This document shows positions 9,140 through 19,504 of a stretch of 64,000 nt of DNA, one piece after another. Every line of letters starts with the position of its first letter. Within the stretch, counting starts at the first letter, position 1. Source of the stretch: Candidatus Omnitrophota bacterium. GTDB lineage: Bacteria > Omnitrophota > Gorgyraeia > Tantalellales > Tantalellaceae. The stretch is from NCBI GenBank assembly GCA_015231405.1, contig JADGBR010000001.1:219964-283963 (forward strand), in the 5' to 3' direction. The notes under the pieces are model-generated. The model was not told the DNA's origin, did no database searches, and saw only the letters and a program-made list of their open reading frames with translations. A program made the translations under genes and the position numbers.

Positions 9140-10036
9140 ATGAGGGAGATCGCGATAATAGAAAGTATTAAAAAGATCGTGGGGAAGCCAGGGGCCGGGG
9201 TGAAGCTTGGGATAGGTGATGACACTGCGGTACTCGAATGGTCAAAAGACGAATATCTCCTCTTTAGCTCCGACATGATCGTCGAAAATACACATTTCAG
9301 GCTTCCATCGGATAGATATGAGCGGATAGGCTGGAAAGCGGCGGCGGTCAATATCAGCGATATAGCGGCCATGGGAGGGGTCCCGAAATACATTACGGTT
9401 TCGTTGGGGATCCCGAAAAACTTTCAAGACGTTTCTTTGAAAGCCCTTTACCGCGGCATTAAAAAGATCACCGCGAAATTCGGGGTAACTATTGTGGGAG
9501 GCGATCTTAACCGATCCGAGAAACTGGTAATAGATGTCGCCATTATCGGTAATATCAAGAAACGGGCGCTTGTGACCAGGAGCGGCGCTAAGGAAGGCGA
9601 CCGTGTGTTCATCACCGGTCCTGTCAGGGATGGCAAAAAGTGCCATCTCAGTTTTTTGCCAAGAGTAAAGGAAGCGCGGTATTTGACCGGGAAATATCGT
9701 ATTAATTCAATGATAGACGTGTCCGACGGGATAGCTCCCGACCTTTGGCGGATATGCCGCGCCAGCGGCTTGGGAGCTTCATTGAGCGAGAGCCTTTTGA
9801 GTTTAGCCGGGTCGAAAAATATCAACGATTCGCTATATTACGGGGAGAGCTTTGAGCTGGTGTTCACTTTGCCGGTAAAAGAGGCTGCTTCTCTTGAAAA
9901 AGATGTTAAAATGAGAACCGCTCCTTATAAATTCTTTCCGATAGGGATGATCGTCGCGCAAAAATACGGCGTTGTGATGGCCGATAATAAAGGCGTGGTT
10001 TCGCCCGTCATGTTCAAGGGGTATGAGCATTTATGA
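9140..10036 (+). CDS. thiL: Thiamine-monophosphate kinase
   Basis: GIGDDTAV, NISDIAAMGG, IVGGDL, IDVSDG; GAGGAG RBS before ATG 9140. Confidence 0.93.
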   Translation: MREIAIIESIKKIVGKPGAGVKLGIGDDTAVLEWSKDEYLLFSSDMIVENTHFRLPSDRYERIGWKAAAVNISDIAAMGGVPKYITVSLGIPKNFQDVSLKALYRGIKKITAKFGVTIVGGDLNRSEKLVIDVAIIGNIKKRALVTRSGAKEGDRVFITGPVRDGKKCHLSFLPRVKEARYLTGKYRINSMIDVSDGIAPDLWRICRASGLGASLSESLLSLAGSKNINDSLYYGESFELVFTLPVKEAASLEKDVKMRTAPYKFFPIGMIVAQKYGVVMADNKGVVSPVMFKGYEHL

Positions 10037-10099
10037 AGGCGATCGTGGGCCCGGATAAGTTGTTTAGGAAAGTGAACAGCCGAGAGGAGAGAGGGAAGA

Positions 10100-10564
10100 G
10101 TGATAAGAACGATAACTACGAGATCGGTTGAAGAGACCATTTTGCTGGGTTGTAAAATCGGCCGATCGCTTTGTGCGGGGGACGTGGTCGCGCTTATAGG
10201 CGCGCTTGGCGCCGGAAAAACGGTTTTTGTTAAAGGTATCGCTAAGGGTATCGGGTATGACGATCATAGATACGTCAACAGCCCGACTTTCGTTGTTGTA
10301 AAGGAGTATAAAGGCCGTATTGATCTTTACCATTTTGATGTCTACAGGCTGAATACATACGATTTTGAGGAAACCATAGATCTTGACAGGTACTTTTACG
10401 GGGACGGGGTATCGGTAGTTGAATGGGCCGATAAGATCGAAGATATTCTCCCCGATGAGTATCTTGAAATATCTATTTGTGATAAAGGGGAGAATGAGAG
10501 GGAATTCACGTTCCGCGGTATTGGAGAACGTTTTGCCGTGATCGTTGCCGGCATCGCCTGCTAG
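10100..10564 (+). CDS. tsaE: tRNA t6A biosynthesis ATPase
   Basis: GALGAGKT, VNSPTF, HFDVYRL, VEWAD. Confidence 0.95.
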   Translation: MIRTITTRSVEETILLGCKIGRSLCAGDVVALIGALGAGKTVFVKGIAKGIGYDDHRYVNSPTFVVVKEYKGRIDLYHFDVYRLNTYDFEETIDLDRYFYGDGVSVVEWADKIEDILPDEYLEISICDKGENEREFTFRGIGERFAVIVAGIAC

Positions 10565-10613
10565 CATGAACGATCGACGAGAGCGCCTGGAGGCCGGTGC
10601 CTAAAGAGGGAAA

Positions 10614-11291
10614 ATGAAGACACTTGCGTTTGACGCTTCAACTAAATATCTGACCGTAGCCGTATTTGACGGTGCTAAATGTGTCTCGGAATATCATGAG
10701 GATATGGGGATACGGCATAGCGAGGTGCTCGTTCCTGTATTCAAAGAACTTTTAGAAGGCTTGAAATGGAAGATAAAAGACATTGATCTTGTGGCCGCAG
10801 GGTTAGGTCCGGGATCTTTCACGGGGATACGGATAGCCTTGTCAACGGCTAAGGCTTTGTGCTCGGTTCTAGGCGCGAAGCTTATAGGCGTTCCTACGAT
10901 GGACGCCATAATCTATAATCTGACCGGGAAATATAAAGGTCAGGCTGCTGTAGCGCTTGACGCCAGAAAAGGGAAGATCTATTCCCGTATTTACAATATC
11001 GATGATAAAGGCCCCCGTCCTATTTCCGGGCATCTGCTTTTGACAGTCGAGGAATTTTCGAGCTCGGCCAGGGAAGATACCCTTTCTATCGGCGATGCCG
11101 TTAACGTATATCACGGAACTCTAAAGAGAGATACTCGTATCAGCCAGGACTTATATGACGACTGGTTCCCACGGGGCCGGAATATCGGCATGATCGCTTC
11201 TCAAATGGCTGAAAATGGAACGGATGACCCGAAGACCCTTGAGCCCTTGTATTTGCACGCGAAAGAATGTAATATTAACCGAGGAAAATGA
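10614..11291 (+). CDS. tsaB: tRNA t6A biosynthesis protein
   Basis: LAFDAST, HSEVL, GPGSFTGIRI, LDARK, LEPLY. Confidence 0.95.
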   Translation: MKTLAFDASTKYLTVAVFDGAKCVSEYHEDMGIRHSEVLVPVFKELLEGLKWKIKDIDLVAAGLGPGSFTGIRIALSTAKALCSVLGAKLIGVPTMDAIIYNLTGKYKGQAAVALDARKGKIYSRIYNIDDKGPRPISGHLLLTVEEFSSSAREDTLSIGDAVNVYHGTLKRDTRISQDLYDDWFPRGRNIGMIASQMAENGTDDPKTLEPLYLHAKECNINRGK

Positions 11292-11300
11292 ATAGAGATA

Positions 11301-11391
11301 TCAGCCGTCAGCTATCAGTTCTCAGCTTTTATGGTATTCTCCCGTACAAAAATGACAACTTGCAGCTTAAAGCTTATGGCTACAAGCTAAA
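11301..11391. repeat. Heptamer inverted-repeat element (TCAGCTA / AGCTnAn family), copy 1
   Basis: TCAGCCG TCAGCTA TCAGTTC TCAGCTT ... AACTTGC AGCTTAA AGCTTAT GGCTACA AGCTAAA, running straight into the alr RBS. Confidence 0.75.
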
Positions 11392-11400
11392 AGGAAGAAG

Positions 11401-12519
11401 ATGGAACGCACATACAGGCCCACATGGGCTGAAATAGATCTGGGGGCCGTAAGTCATAACCTTGCCGAGATCAGGAGGGTAGTGGCAAGTAACGTCGCGA
11501 TAATGCCGGTCGTAAAAGCCAATGCCTACGGCCACGGGATATACAGGATAAGCGCCGAACTTATCACTAACGGCGTCAAATATCTGGGTGTCGCTACCGT
11601 TGATGAGGCCCTTTTCCTGAGACAGAAAGGGATTGATGTTTCCATCCTTGTCCTGGGCTCGGTGCTTCAGGAAGAGGCCGATCAGGCCGTCGATAATAAC
11701 ATTACCCTAACTCTTTGCAATGACTCGCTTTTTAGGGCTCTTATGATCTCCGCTAAAAAGTTCATGAAAAAGCCGAGAGTGCATATCAAAATAGACACCG
11801 GGATGGGTCGTATTGGCGTATGGCACGCGGACGCTTTTGAGTTCATAAAAAAGGTCTATGATACGGGCGTTATTGAAATTGAGGGAGTTTATACGCACTT
11901 TTCTTCGGCTTCAAGGGATAAAATGTACACGGAGATGCAGATAGAGTATTTCGAAAATGTGCTCTTGGCGCTTGAGAAGGAAAAAATAGGGATAAAATAC
12001 AAGCATGCTGATAATAGCATCGCTTCCGTCGAGTGGAAGAATACACACTATAACCTGGTGCGTCCGGGTATCCTGATATACGGGGTATATCCCAAAGAAG
12101 ATTTCAGGGAGGTCCTTGATCTCAAACCTGTCATGAGCCTGAAGACGCGGATAGTCCATTTGAAAGATACCCCCACCGGGCGGGCTTTAAGCTATGGTAG
12201 GACATATATAACCCAGAAGCCGACTAAGATCGCGACATTACCCATAGGGTACGCGGATGGTTACGGAAGGCTCCTTTCGAACCGGGCTGAGGCCCTGGTA
12301 CACGGCGAGCAGGTCAGGGTTGTCGGAATAGTCACTATGGATCAGACCCTCATAGACGTCGGCGAGATCGTAGATGTTAAAATTGGCGATGAAGTGGTCC
12401 TTTTCGGCGAGCAGAAAGGGGTAAAGATATCGGTTGAAAAAATATCAAAATTAGCTAAGACCATACCATACGAGATCCTTTCCGGAATAAAAGAAAGGGT
12501 TCCTCGGATCTATATTTAA
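11401..12519 (+). CDS. alr: Alanine racemase
   Basis: VVKANAYGHG PLP lysine, HIKIDTGMGRIG, VRPGILIYG, GYADG, TIPYE. Confidence 0.97.
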   Translation: MERTYRPTWAEIDLGAVSHNLAEIRRVVASNVAIMPVVKANAYGHGIYRISAELITNGVKYLGVATVDEALFLRQKGIDVSILVLGSVLQEEADQAVDNNITLTLCNDSLFRALMISAKKFMKKPRVHIKIDTGMGRIGVWHADAFEFIKKVYDTGVIEIEGVYTHFSSASRDKMYTEMQIEYFENVLLALEKEKIGIKYKHADNSIASVEWKNTHYNLVRPGILIYGVYPKEDFREVLDLKPVMSLKTRIVHLKDTPTGRALSYGRTYITQKPTKIATLPIGYADGYGRLLSNRAEALVHGEQVRVVGIVTMDQTLIDVGEIVDVKIGDEVVLFGEQKGVKISVEKISKLAKTIPYEILSGIKERVPRIYI

Positions 12520-12657
12520 AGAAACATCCGGAATATAGGTTTCAAAATCCAGCATCCATGAAATATATTTCAGAATTTTTGAAACATTTTTCCCAAAACA
12601 TGTGTCTATAATGGGTAGAGGATATGGGATGGAAGCGCGTGAGGCCCTTTTATACAT

Positions 12658-12680
12658 ACGGCGGCGTGAAACCCCGCCGT
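12658..12680. repeat. REP-like GC-rich hairpin
   Basis: ACGGCGG-C-GT-GAA-AC-C-CCGCCGT. Confidence 0.5.
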
Positions 12681-12710
12681 TAACAACGCTGTCGCGAAAG
12701 TCGCCTCAGT

Positions 12711-12766
12711 ATGAACCCTTATCTTGAACACCAGGGCTTTAGCCCGGGGAGTTTGAATGGGTTCAT
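12711..12766. repeat. Nested palindrome, MITE/IS200-IS605-end-like
   Basis: ATGAACCC...CCAGGGCT-TT-AGCCCGGG...GGGTTCAT; minus strand reads CTCCCCGGGCTAAAGCCC. Confidence 0.5.
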
Positions 12767-12784
12767 TGAAAAAGAAAAATTTAT

Positions 12785-12813
12785 TTGCAATTGTTTGGAT
12801 GTAATATTATATT
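12785..12813 (+). promoter_or_regulatory. Putative sigma70 promoter of the ilv operon
   Basis: TTGCAA-17 nt-TATATT preceded by an A/T-rich UP-like tract. Confidence 0.5.
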
Positions 12814-12884
12814 AAATTATTAATTTCTATTAATTTTGGTCATTCAAAAGCAGGTCATTCGAACGGAAAGGGATAGGAGTCAAA

Positions 12885-14579
12885 ATGACAAAAATATCAG
12901 GCGCGGAAATCATAGTTAAAAGTCTGATCGAGGAGAATGTCAAACACGCTTTCGGGTATCCCGGAGGGGCTGTCATTCCTCTTATGGACGCGATATACGC
13001 CGAAAAAAAACTGAATTTCATACTGACAAGACATGAGCAGGGAGCGGCGCATGCGGCTGACGGATACGCCAGAGCTACCGGAGAAGTCGGTGTTTGCATA
13101 GCCACTTCAGGTCCGGGAGCGACTAATCTTGTCACCGGTATAGCTACGGCGAATATGGATTCCATACCCATGGTGGCTATTACCGGCCAGGTAAAATCTG
13201 TTCTTATCGGCAACGACGCTTTTCAGGAAGCTGATATTGTCGGGATAACAAGGCCGATAACTAAACACAATTATCTTGTAAAAAACATTTCCACGCTGGC
13301 CTCGACTTTGAAAGAAGCATTTCATGTCGCCAGGACCGGGAGGCCCGGGCCTGTATTGGTAGATGTACCGGTGGATGTTCAGCTCGCAAAAGACGAGTTT
13401 AAATATCCCAAGGATGTCAATATGAGAGGGTATAAACCCACTTATGTCGGGCATTCGAAACAGATAGAAAAGATCGCCCAAGCCATTGAGAACAGTAAAA
13501 GACCGGTCCTTTACATAGGCGGAGGTGTGATCCTTTCCGGAGCCAGTAAGGAACTAGCGAAACTGGCCAGGATGACAGACATCCCCGTGACCATGACGAT
13601 GATGGGACTCGGGGCCTTTCCCGGTGACGATCCATTATCACTCGGGATGCTGGGGATGCACGGTACGGCCTATGCTAACCACGCGATACAGGAATCGGAC
13701 CTTTTAATAGCCGTTGGGGCTAGGTTCGACGACAGGGTGACCGGGAGGGTGGATACGTTCGCTCCCGACGCGAAAGTCGTCCATATAGACATCGACCCTT
13801 CCAGCGTCAGCAAGAACGTGAGGGTCGATCTTCCCGTTATCGGCGACGCGCGACTGGTTCTTAAAGAGCTTTTGACATTTGTGAAAAAGCCGGATATAGC
13901 CGAATGGCATAAGAAGATAAAAAAATGGAAGAACGAGTTGCCGCTCAAATACAAAGATGACGATGTTTTGAGGCCGCAGTTCATTATTGAAACACTGGAA
14001 AGGCTGACCAGGGACAAGAACGTGATAATAACGACCGAGGTCGGTCAGAACCAGATGTGGTCGGCGCAGTATTTTTGTTTTCGTGAGCCCAGGACATGGT
14101 TGTCGTCAGGGGGGCTCGGGACCATGGGTTTCGGGTTTCCCGCGGCGATAGGCGCGCAGGTCGGTAAACCTGAGTGTCTTGTCATTGATATAGCCGGTGA
14201 CGGCAGTATACAAATGAATATCCAGGAGATGGCCACGGCGGTCCTTAATAAGCTCCCGGTTAAAATAGTCATACTAAACAACGGTTATCTTGGCATGGTC
14301 AGGCAATGGCAGGAATTATTCTACGACAGGAGGTACGCGTTCACCACTCTGTCAGACGGCGGGGATAGTTATTGTCCGGATTTCGTGAAACTGGCGGAAA
14401 GTTACGGAGCCGCGGGGATAAGGGTTAAAAGAAAAGACGAGGTCGAAAGCGCCATTAAAAAGGCTATCGGTATAGATGGTCCGGTAATGATCGATTTCAT
14501 CATACAACGGGAAGAGAACGTGTTCCCGATGGTGCCGGCCGGTGAGTCTATCAGCAACATGCTGCATGGCTTGGCGTAA
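12885..14579 (+). CDS. ilvB: Acetolactate synthase large subunit
   Basis: [34 protein letters not shown]...[12 protein letters not shown]. Confidence 0.97.
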   Translation: MTKISGAEIIVKSLIEENVKHAFGYPGGAVIPLMDAIYAEKKLNFILTRHEQGAAHAADGYARATGEVGVCIATSGPGATNLVTGIATANMDSIPMVAITGQVKSVLIGNDAFQEADIVGITRPITKHNYLVKNISTLASTLKEAFHVARTGRPGPVLVDVPVDVQLAKDEFKYPKDVNMRGYKPTYVGHSKQIEKIAQAIENSKRPVLYIGGGVILSGASKELAKLARMTDIPVTMTMMGLGAFPGDDPLSLGMLGMHGTAYANHAIQESDLLIAVGARFDDRVTGRVDTFAPDAKVVHIDIDPSSVSKNVRVDLPVIGDARLVLKELLTFVKKPDIAEWHKKIKKWKNELPLKYKDDDVLRPQFIIETLERLTRDKNVIITTEVGQNQMWSAQYFCFREPRTWLSSGGLGTMGFGFPAAIGAQVGKPECLVIDIAGDGSIQMNIQEMATAVLNKLPVKIVILNNGYLGMVRQWQELFYDRRYAFTTLSDGGDSYCPDFVKLAESYGAAGIRVKRKDEVESAIKKAIGIDGPVMIDFIIQREENVFPMVPAGESISNMLHGLA

Positions 14580-14607
14580 GGCAGGGATTGCGAGATCTAG
14601 ACATATT

Positions 14608-14658
14608 GCTATCAACTGTCAGCTTTGCTGTACCAGTAGCAGATAGCTGTTAGCTAAA
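14608..14658. repeat. Heptamer inverted-repeat element (TCAGCTA family), copy 2
   Basis: GCTATCA ACTGTCA GCT ... AGCAGAT AGCTGTT AGCTAAA followed by AGGAGA RBS of ilvN. Confidence 0.7.
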
Positions 14659-14668
14659 AGGAGATAAC

Positions 14669-15151
14669 ATGGCTAATTTTATTTTATCTGTCCTGGTAGA
14701 GAACAAATTCGGCGTACTCGCGCGTGTGTCCGGGCTCTTCAGCGCGAGGGGATTCAATATCACGTCCTTAGCTGTGGGTGAAACGGAGGATCCGGAAATA
14801 TCAAGGATGACGATCGTAGTCGACGCCGATGAGAGGATCCTCGAGCAGGTCAAGAAGCAGCTCCATAAGCTGATCGATACGATCAAGGTGCTTGATCTGA
14901 CAGGAAAAGAGACCGTGGAAAGGGAGCTCTTGCTGGTAAAGGTGAACGCCGATAAAACGTCTGTAAGGGAAAAGATAATTAAAGTCGCAGATACCACCGG
15001 TGCGAAAATAGTGGATATCGGGAAGAAGACCATAACAATAGAGGAAGCCGGTGATGAGCACAGGATAAAGGCGCTTATAGAACTGCTCAAACCATACGGC
15101 ATAATCGAAATGGCCAGAACGGGCAAAGTAGCCTTAAGTTCTGATAAGTGA
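14669..15151 (+). CDS. ilvN: Acetolactate synthase small subunit
   Basis: LVENKFGVLARVSGLFSARGFNI ACT domain, EMARTG. Confidence 0.97.
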   Translation: MANFILSVLVENKFGVLARVSGLFSARGFNITSLAVGETEDPEISRMTIVVDADERILEQVKKQLHKLIDTIKVLDLTGKETVERELLLVKVNADKTSVREKIIKVADTTGAKIVDIGKKTITIEEAGDEHRIKALIELLKPYGIIEMARTGKVALSSDK

Positions 15152-15199
15152 TCTGTTTTGTGTAAGGCAATAGAAAAAAGCAAAAAAAGGAGAAATGAA

Positions 15200-16189
15200 A
15201 TGGCTAAGATCTATTATGACAAGGACGCGAATCTGGATATCATAAAAGGGACGAAAATAGCGATAATAGGCTACGGCATCCAGGGTCGCAGTCAGGCGCT
15301 CAATCTAAGGGATTCAGGTCTTACGGTACTTGTGAGCGAGCTTCCCAATACGGAAAATCACAGGCAGGCCGTCTCTGACGGGTTCAACGTTTTATCCGCC
15401 GAGGATGCTTCAAAGGAAGCCGGTATAATTCAGATACTCACGCAGGACCATGTGCAGGCCGCTGTTTACAAGAAAGCTATCGAACCTAATATGACAAAAG
15501 GCAAAGCGCTCGTCTTCTCCCACGGGTTCAATATCCATTTTAAACAGATAGTGCCGCCAAAGAACGTGGATGTTTTTATGGTAGCGCCTAAAGGTCCGGG
15601 CGCACTTGTCCGCCAGATGTACGAGGAGGGGAAAGGCGTCCCGTGCCTTGTGGCGATATACAAGAACCCTTCGGGTAAAGCGATGGATAAGGCTCTGGCA
15701 TACGCTAAGGGTATAGGCGGCACGAGAGCCGGAGTTATCGAGACCACTTTTAAGGAAGAGACGGAAACCGACCTCTTCGGGGAACAGGCCGTCCTTTGCG
15801 GCGGGGCTTCGGAGCTTATTAAGGCAGGGTTCGATACCCTTGTCGAGGCGGGATATCAGCCAGAGATCGCTTATTTCGAATGTCTACATGAGTTAAAGCT
15901 CATAACCGATCTTATTTACCGATACGGTATTACCGGCATGCGTAAAAGAGTATCGGATACCGCGGAATATGGGGACATATCCAGAGGAAAAAGGGTTATT
16001 ACGGAGAAGACCAGGAAAGAAATGAGGAAGATGCTTAAAGAGATACGGAACGGAAAGTTCGCTAAAGAATGGATAAAAGAGAACGAGGATGGCCGTCCAA
16101 ATTATAACCGTATCACAAAAGAAGAGGCCGAACACCCCGTCGAGAAGGTTGGCAGAGAGTTGAGAGCCATGATGCCCTGGATGGAATAA
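15200..16189 (+). CDS. ilvC: Ketol-acid reductoisomerase
   Basis: [44 protein letters not shown]; AAGGAG RBS before ATG 15200. Confidence 0.97.
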   Translation: MAKIYYDKDANLDIIKGTKIAIIGYGIQGRSQALNLRDSGLTVLVSELPNTENHRQAVSDGFNVLSAEDASKEAGIIQILTQDHVQAAVYKKAIEPNMTKGKALVFSHGFNIHFKQIVPPKNVDVFMVAPKGPGALVRQMYEEGKGVPCLVAIYKNPSGKAMDKALAYAKGIGGTRAGVIETTFKEETETDLFGEQAVLCGGASELIKAGFDTLVEAGYQPEIAYFECLHELKLITDLIYRYGITGMRKRVSDTAEYGDISRGKRVITEKTRKEMRKMLKEIRNGKFAKEWIKENEDGRPNYNRITKEEAEHPVEKVGRELRAMMPWME

Positions 16190-16211
16190 GGCGGGATATA
16201 CGGAGGATCAA

Positions 16212-17741
16212 ATGGAAAAGAACCGGATAATTATTTTCGATACGACCTTACGCGACGGAGAACAGACCCCTGGCGCGAGCCTGAACGCAGAGGAGAAACT
16301 GCAGATAGCCAGACAGCTGGAGGCTCTTGGAGTCGACGCCATCGAGGCGGGTTTCCCCCACTCAAGCCCCGGAGACATGGAAGCGGTTAAGAGGGTATCG
16401 AAGTACATTAAACGACCGATCATATGCGGTCTGGCGCGTGCAACCGGGAAAGATATAGATTCCGCGTATCAGGCGCTGAAAAAGGCGGCGAGGCCGAGGA
16501 TACATGTTTTTCTCGCGACGTCGAAGATACACCGGGAATTCAAGCTGCACAAAGCTAAGGACGAGATCCTGCGGCTCGCCGTCGAGGCGGTAAAATACGC
16601 CCGGAAAAAGCTGCCTGACGTGGAATTCTCTCCCGAGGACGCTTCCAGGACGGAACCTGATTTCCTTCGAGCCGTGGTTGAAGCGGTCATAAAAGCCGGT
16701 GCCGGGACTGTAAATATCCCAGATACCGTGGGGTACGCTGTGCCGGATGAGTTCGGAGGTCTGATAAAGTACCTGAAATGTAACGTCCCGAATATCGATG
16801 AGGCCGTGATAAGCGTACATTGCCATAATGATCTTGGGCTTGCCGTAAGCAATTCACAGGCCGCGGTGATGAACGGCGCCAGGCAGGTCGAGTGCACGAT
16901 GAACGGCCTGGGTGAGCGCGCCGGAAATGCCTCCTTGGAAGAGTTGATCATGGGTATCAGGATGCGGAAGGACCATTTCAAAGGCCTTTTCACCGATATC
17001 CGGACAAAGGATCTCTACAAGACCAGCCGATTGGTAAGCAAGCTCACCGGGATCGTTGTGCAGCCGAATAAAGCCATAATAGGCGAAAACGCTTTCAGTC
17101 ATGAGTCAGGGATCCACCAGGACGGGGTCCTTAAAAAAAGGGTTACCTACGAGATAATAAGGCCTGAGGATGTAGGGTTTCAGGGTACAAGGCTGGTGCT
17201 CGGAAAGCTTTCCGGGCGTCACGCTTTTTCTAACAGGCTCCAGAAGCTGGGATACGATCTCAGGGAAGAAGAGCTCAACCTCGCGTTCAAACGGTTCAAG
17301 GAACTGGCGGATAAAAAATCCATTATCTATGACGACGATCTGGCTGTCATAGTCGATGCCGGGATGTCTTCAGTACCTGAGACCTTCAAGCTCTATGATT
17401 TCACCGTCACAAGCGGAAAAAAGACCATACCAGAGGCCGTCGTAGAGATACGTAAAGGACAGGAAAAATATTCGGCAAAGGGAAGCGGCGACGGCCCCGT
17501 CGACGCCTGTTTTAAAACAGTCGACAAAGCCCTGGGTTTGAAAGGGAAACTCGTGGATTATAAGGTGGAAGCGGTGACCGGAGGTAAAGACGCACTTGGC
17601 GAGGCACATGTGAAGATAGACTTCAGCGGTAAACTCGTTATAGGGCGGGGATCATCAACCGATGTTATCGAGGCGAGCGTACTCGCTTACGTCAACGCCA
17701 TCAACCGTCTCCACCAAACCGGTAACAAGAAGGTGAAATGA
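16212..17741 (+). CDS. leuA: 2-isopropylmalate synthase
   Basis: FDTTLRDGEQ, HCHNDLGLA, GERAGN, HESGIHQDG, regulatory GDGPVDA domain. Confidence 0.96.
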   Translation: MEKNRIIIFDTTLRDGEQTPGASLNAEEKLQIARQLEALGVDAIEAGFPHSSPGDMEAVKRVSKYIKRPIICGLARATGKDIDSAYQALKKAARPRIHVFLATSKIHREFKLHKAKDEILRLAVEAVKYARKKLPDVEFSPEDASRTEPDFLRAVVEAVIKAGAGTVNIPDTVGYAVPDEFGGLIKYLKCNVPNIDEAVISVHCHNDLGLAVSNSQAAVMNGARQVECTMNGLGERAGNASLEELIMGIRMRKDHFKGLFTDIRTKDLYKTSRLVSKLTGIVVQPNKAIIGENAFSHESGIHQDGVLKKRVTYEIIRPEDVGFQGTRLVLGKLSGRHAFSNRLQKLGYDLREEELNLAFKRFKELADKKSIIYDDDLAVIVDAGMSSVPETFKLYDFTVTSGKKTIPEAVVEIRKGQEKYSAKGSGDGPVDACFKTVDKALGLKGKLVDYKVEAVTGGKDALGEAHVKIDFSGKLVIGRGSSTDVIEASVLAYVNAINRLHQTGNKKVK

Positions 17742-18625
17742 GCGATATGATCTATGGCCTCATCGGGAAGAACATAAGCTACTCGTTATCGCCGGTGATG
17801 CATAACGCCGCTTTCAGGTATTTTGGGATACCGGCCGAATACAGGCTCTTCGACATGGACGAGGCTTCTCTCTCGGTTTTCCTGGTAGGTATGCTTTCCG
17901 ACACTCTCATCTCCGGTGTGAATGTTACCGTTCCATATAAAATTAAAGCGATGGACGTTATCGCACGTTCGGTAAAGGGCGGTGTTGTCGATGACGGTGC
18001 GCTGGCTTCCAACGCCGTTAACACTGTCGTGAGGGAAAAAGGCTCGCTGAAAGGGTACAATACGGACGGCCGTGGGTTCATGGAATCCCTCGCGGATGAT
18101 GCCGGGTTCTCACCTCGCGGAAAAAAAGTATTCCTTTCTGGCGCGGGTGGCGCCGGCAACACCATATGTGCGCATCTTGCTTCGCTTAAGTCCGAAAAGC
18201 CCGAAGTTATCTTCGTCTGGGATGTGGATAACGAGAAAAAATGCGGTCTTGTCAGAGCGTGTAATGAAAGATACGGCGCTGGTTCGTCGGTCACCGTGAA
18301 TAAGGACGATATCGTCCAAAAATTGGAGGTATCGGACCTTGTCGTGAACGCGACGCCGCTTGGTACGAAAGCCGGAGATCCTCTGCCCTTTCCCGTTGAA
18401 CGGGTGAAGGCCGGATCGATCGTATATGACCTGGTCTACTCGAGGAAAACCGAAGTCGTAAAGATCGCCAGGGGAAGAGGAGCTAATGCTCTGGACGGCT
18501 CCGGGATGCTGGCAAACCAGGGTGCCGTCGCCTTCTCTTTATGGACCGGAAAGCCTCTCAAGGAAGTGAAAACCGTCATGAAGAAGGCTCTTCTGGACGC
18601 TTTGAGTTCAAGGAGTGAAGGATGA
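17738..18625 (+). CDS. aroE: Shikimate dehydrogenase
   Basis: SLSPVMHN, NVTVPYK, AVNT, NTDG, GAGGA, NATPLG, YDLVY. Confidence 0.95.
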   Translation: MSDMIYGLIGKNISYSLSPVMHNAAFRYFGIPAEYRLFDMDEASLSVFLVGMLSDTLISGVNVTVPYKIKAMDVIARSVKGGVVDDGALASNAVNTVVREKGSLKGYNTDGRGFMESLADDAGFSPRGKKVFLSGAGGAGNTICAHLASLKSEKPEVIFVWDVDNEKKCGLVRACNERYGAGSSVTVNKDDIVQKLEVSDLVVNATPLGTKAGDPLPFPVERVKAGSIVYDLVYSRKTEVVKIARGRGANALDGSGMLANQGAVAFSLWTGKPLKEVKTVMKKALLDALSSRSEG

Positions 18626-19392
18626 TAGAGGCCTTCGTTTTTATTACGGGTGCCGCGTTTGGAAGCTTTTTTAACGTGGTCATATACAGGCTTCCAAGGG
18701 GCTTGTCGATCGTATGGCCGAATTCCTTCTGCCCGGCGTGTGAAAAACCCATCAAACCGTGGGATAATATACCCCTGGTAAGTTATCTGCTTTTAAGGGG
18801 GAAATGCCGTACCTGCGGGGCGCGGATACCTGTCAGATATTTTATTGTCGAGTTTCTAACGGCCGCTCTGTCGTTAGTATTACTGTACAAATACTCTTTG
18901 TCGGTCAACTATCTTGTTCATATTTTTCTGGTTTACTTATTGCTGGTCATATCATTCATAGACATCGACCATATGTTGATACCTGATATAATCAGCTTGC
19001 CGGGCATACCGGTAGGCATCCTCTTCTCTTGTTTCTTCCCGGAGGGGGCATTCGGTTTCTCCCTGGACGGGCTTAAAGGTTCTCTCCTTGGCGTTTTAGC
19101 CGGAGGAGGAAGTATCTATCTAATGGGTGTTTTCGGGAGTATGGTTTTCCGCAAGGAGGCCATGGGCGGGGGAGACGTCAAACTTATGGGCATGATAGGT
19201 GCTTTTATGGGATGGAAATACGCTTTACTGGCTTTTTTCATAGCGCCGTTCCTGGGTCTGGTTTCGGGCGTTTATGTCCTTGTTAAAAAGAAAGATACGG
19301 TCATACCGTATGGGCCGTATCTTTCGCTGGCGGCGGTTATAAGTATGTTGTACGGGGATAAGATATTGAGAGTTTTGTTGCCTGAGATATAA
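18622..19392 (+). CDS. pilD: Prepilin peptidase / N-methyltransferase (A24)
   Basis: GSFFNVVIYRLP, CPAC...DNIP...GKCRTC, IDIDHMLIPD, MGGGDVKL, IPYGPYL. Confidence 0.93.
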   Translation: MIEAFVFITGAAFGSFFNVVIYRLPRGLSIVWPNSFCPACEKPIKPWDNIPLVSYLLLRGKCRTCGARIPVRYFIVEFLTAALSLVLLYKYSLSVNYLVHIFLVYLLLVISFIDIDHMLIPDIISLPGIPVGILFSCFFPEGAFGFSLDGLKGSLLGVLAGGGSIYLMGVFGSMVFRKEAMGGGDVKLMGMIGAFMGWKYALLAFFIAPFLGLVSGVYVLVKKKDTVIPYGPYLSLAAVISMLYGDKILRVLLPEI

Positions 19393-19395
19393 ATT

Positions 19396-19486
19396 GGGTC
19401 AAGGGTTAAGGGTCAAGAAAAGGGGTAGGGTTGGGTGGTATTTAAGTATGAACATAAAAATAACCTGACCCTTGACCCCTGATCCT
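19396..19486. repeat. Heptamer inverted-repeat element (GGGTCAA / TTGACCC family)
   Basis: GGGTCAA GGGTTAA GGGTCAA ... CTGACCC TTGACCC CTGATCC. Confidence 0.85.
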
Positions 19487-19504
19487 AAAAGTAAGGAGAC
19501 ACAT

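Noticed and set aside
10081-10100. CGAGAGG AGAGAGG GAAGAG purine run
   Set aside because: Explained by the tsaE RBS region; no complementary arm.
12624-12683. Short ORF MGWKRVRPFYTYGGVKPRR as an ilv attenuator leader peptide
   Set aside because: It is not enriched in Ile/Leu/Val codons, has no U-tailed terminator, and lies upstream of the likely ilvB promoter.
12711-12766. 6S RNA (TTGAAC...GGGTTCA similarity)
   Set aside because: No ~180-nt rod with a central bubble is evident; a local palindrome explains it better.
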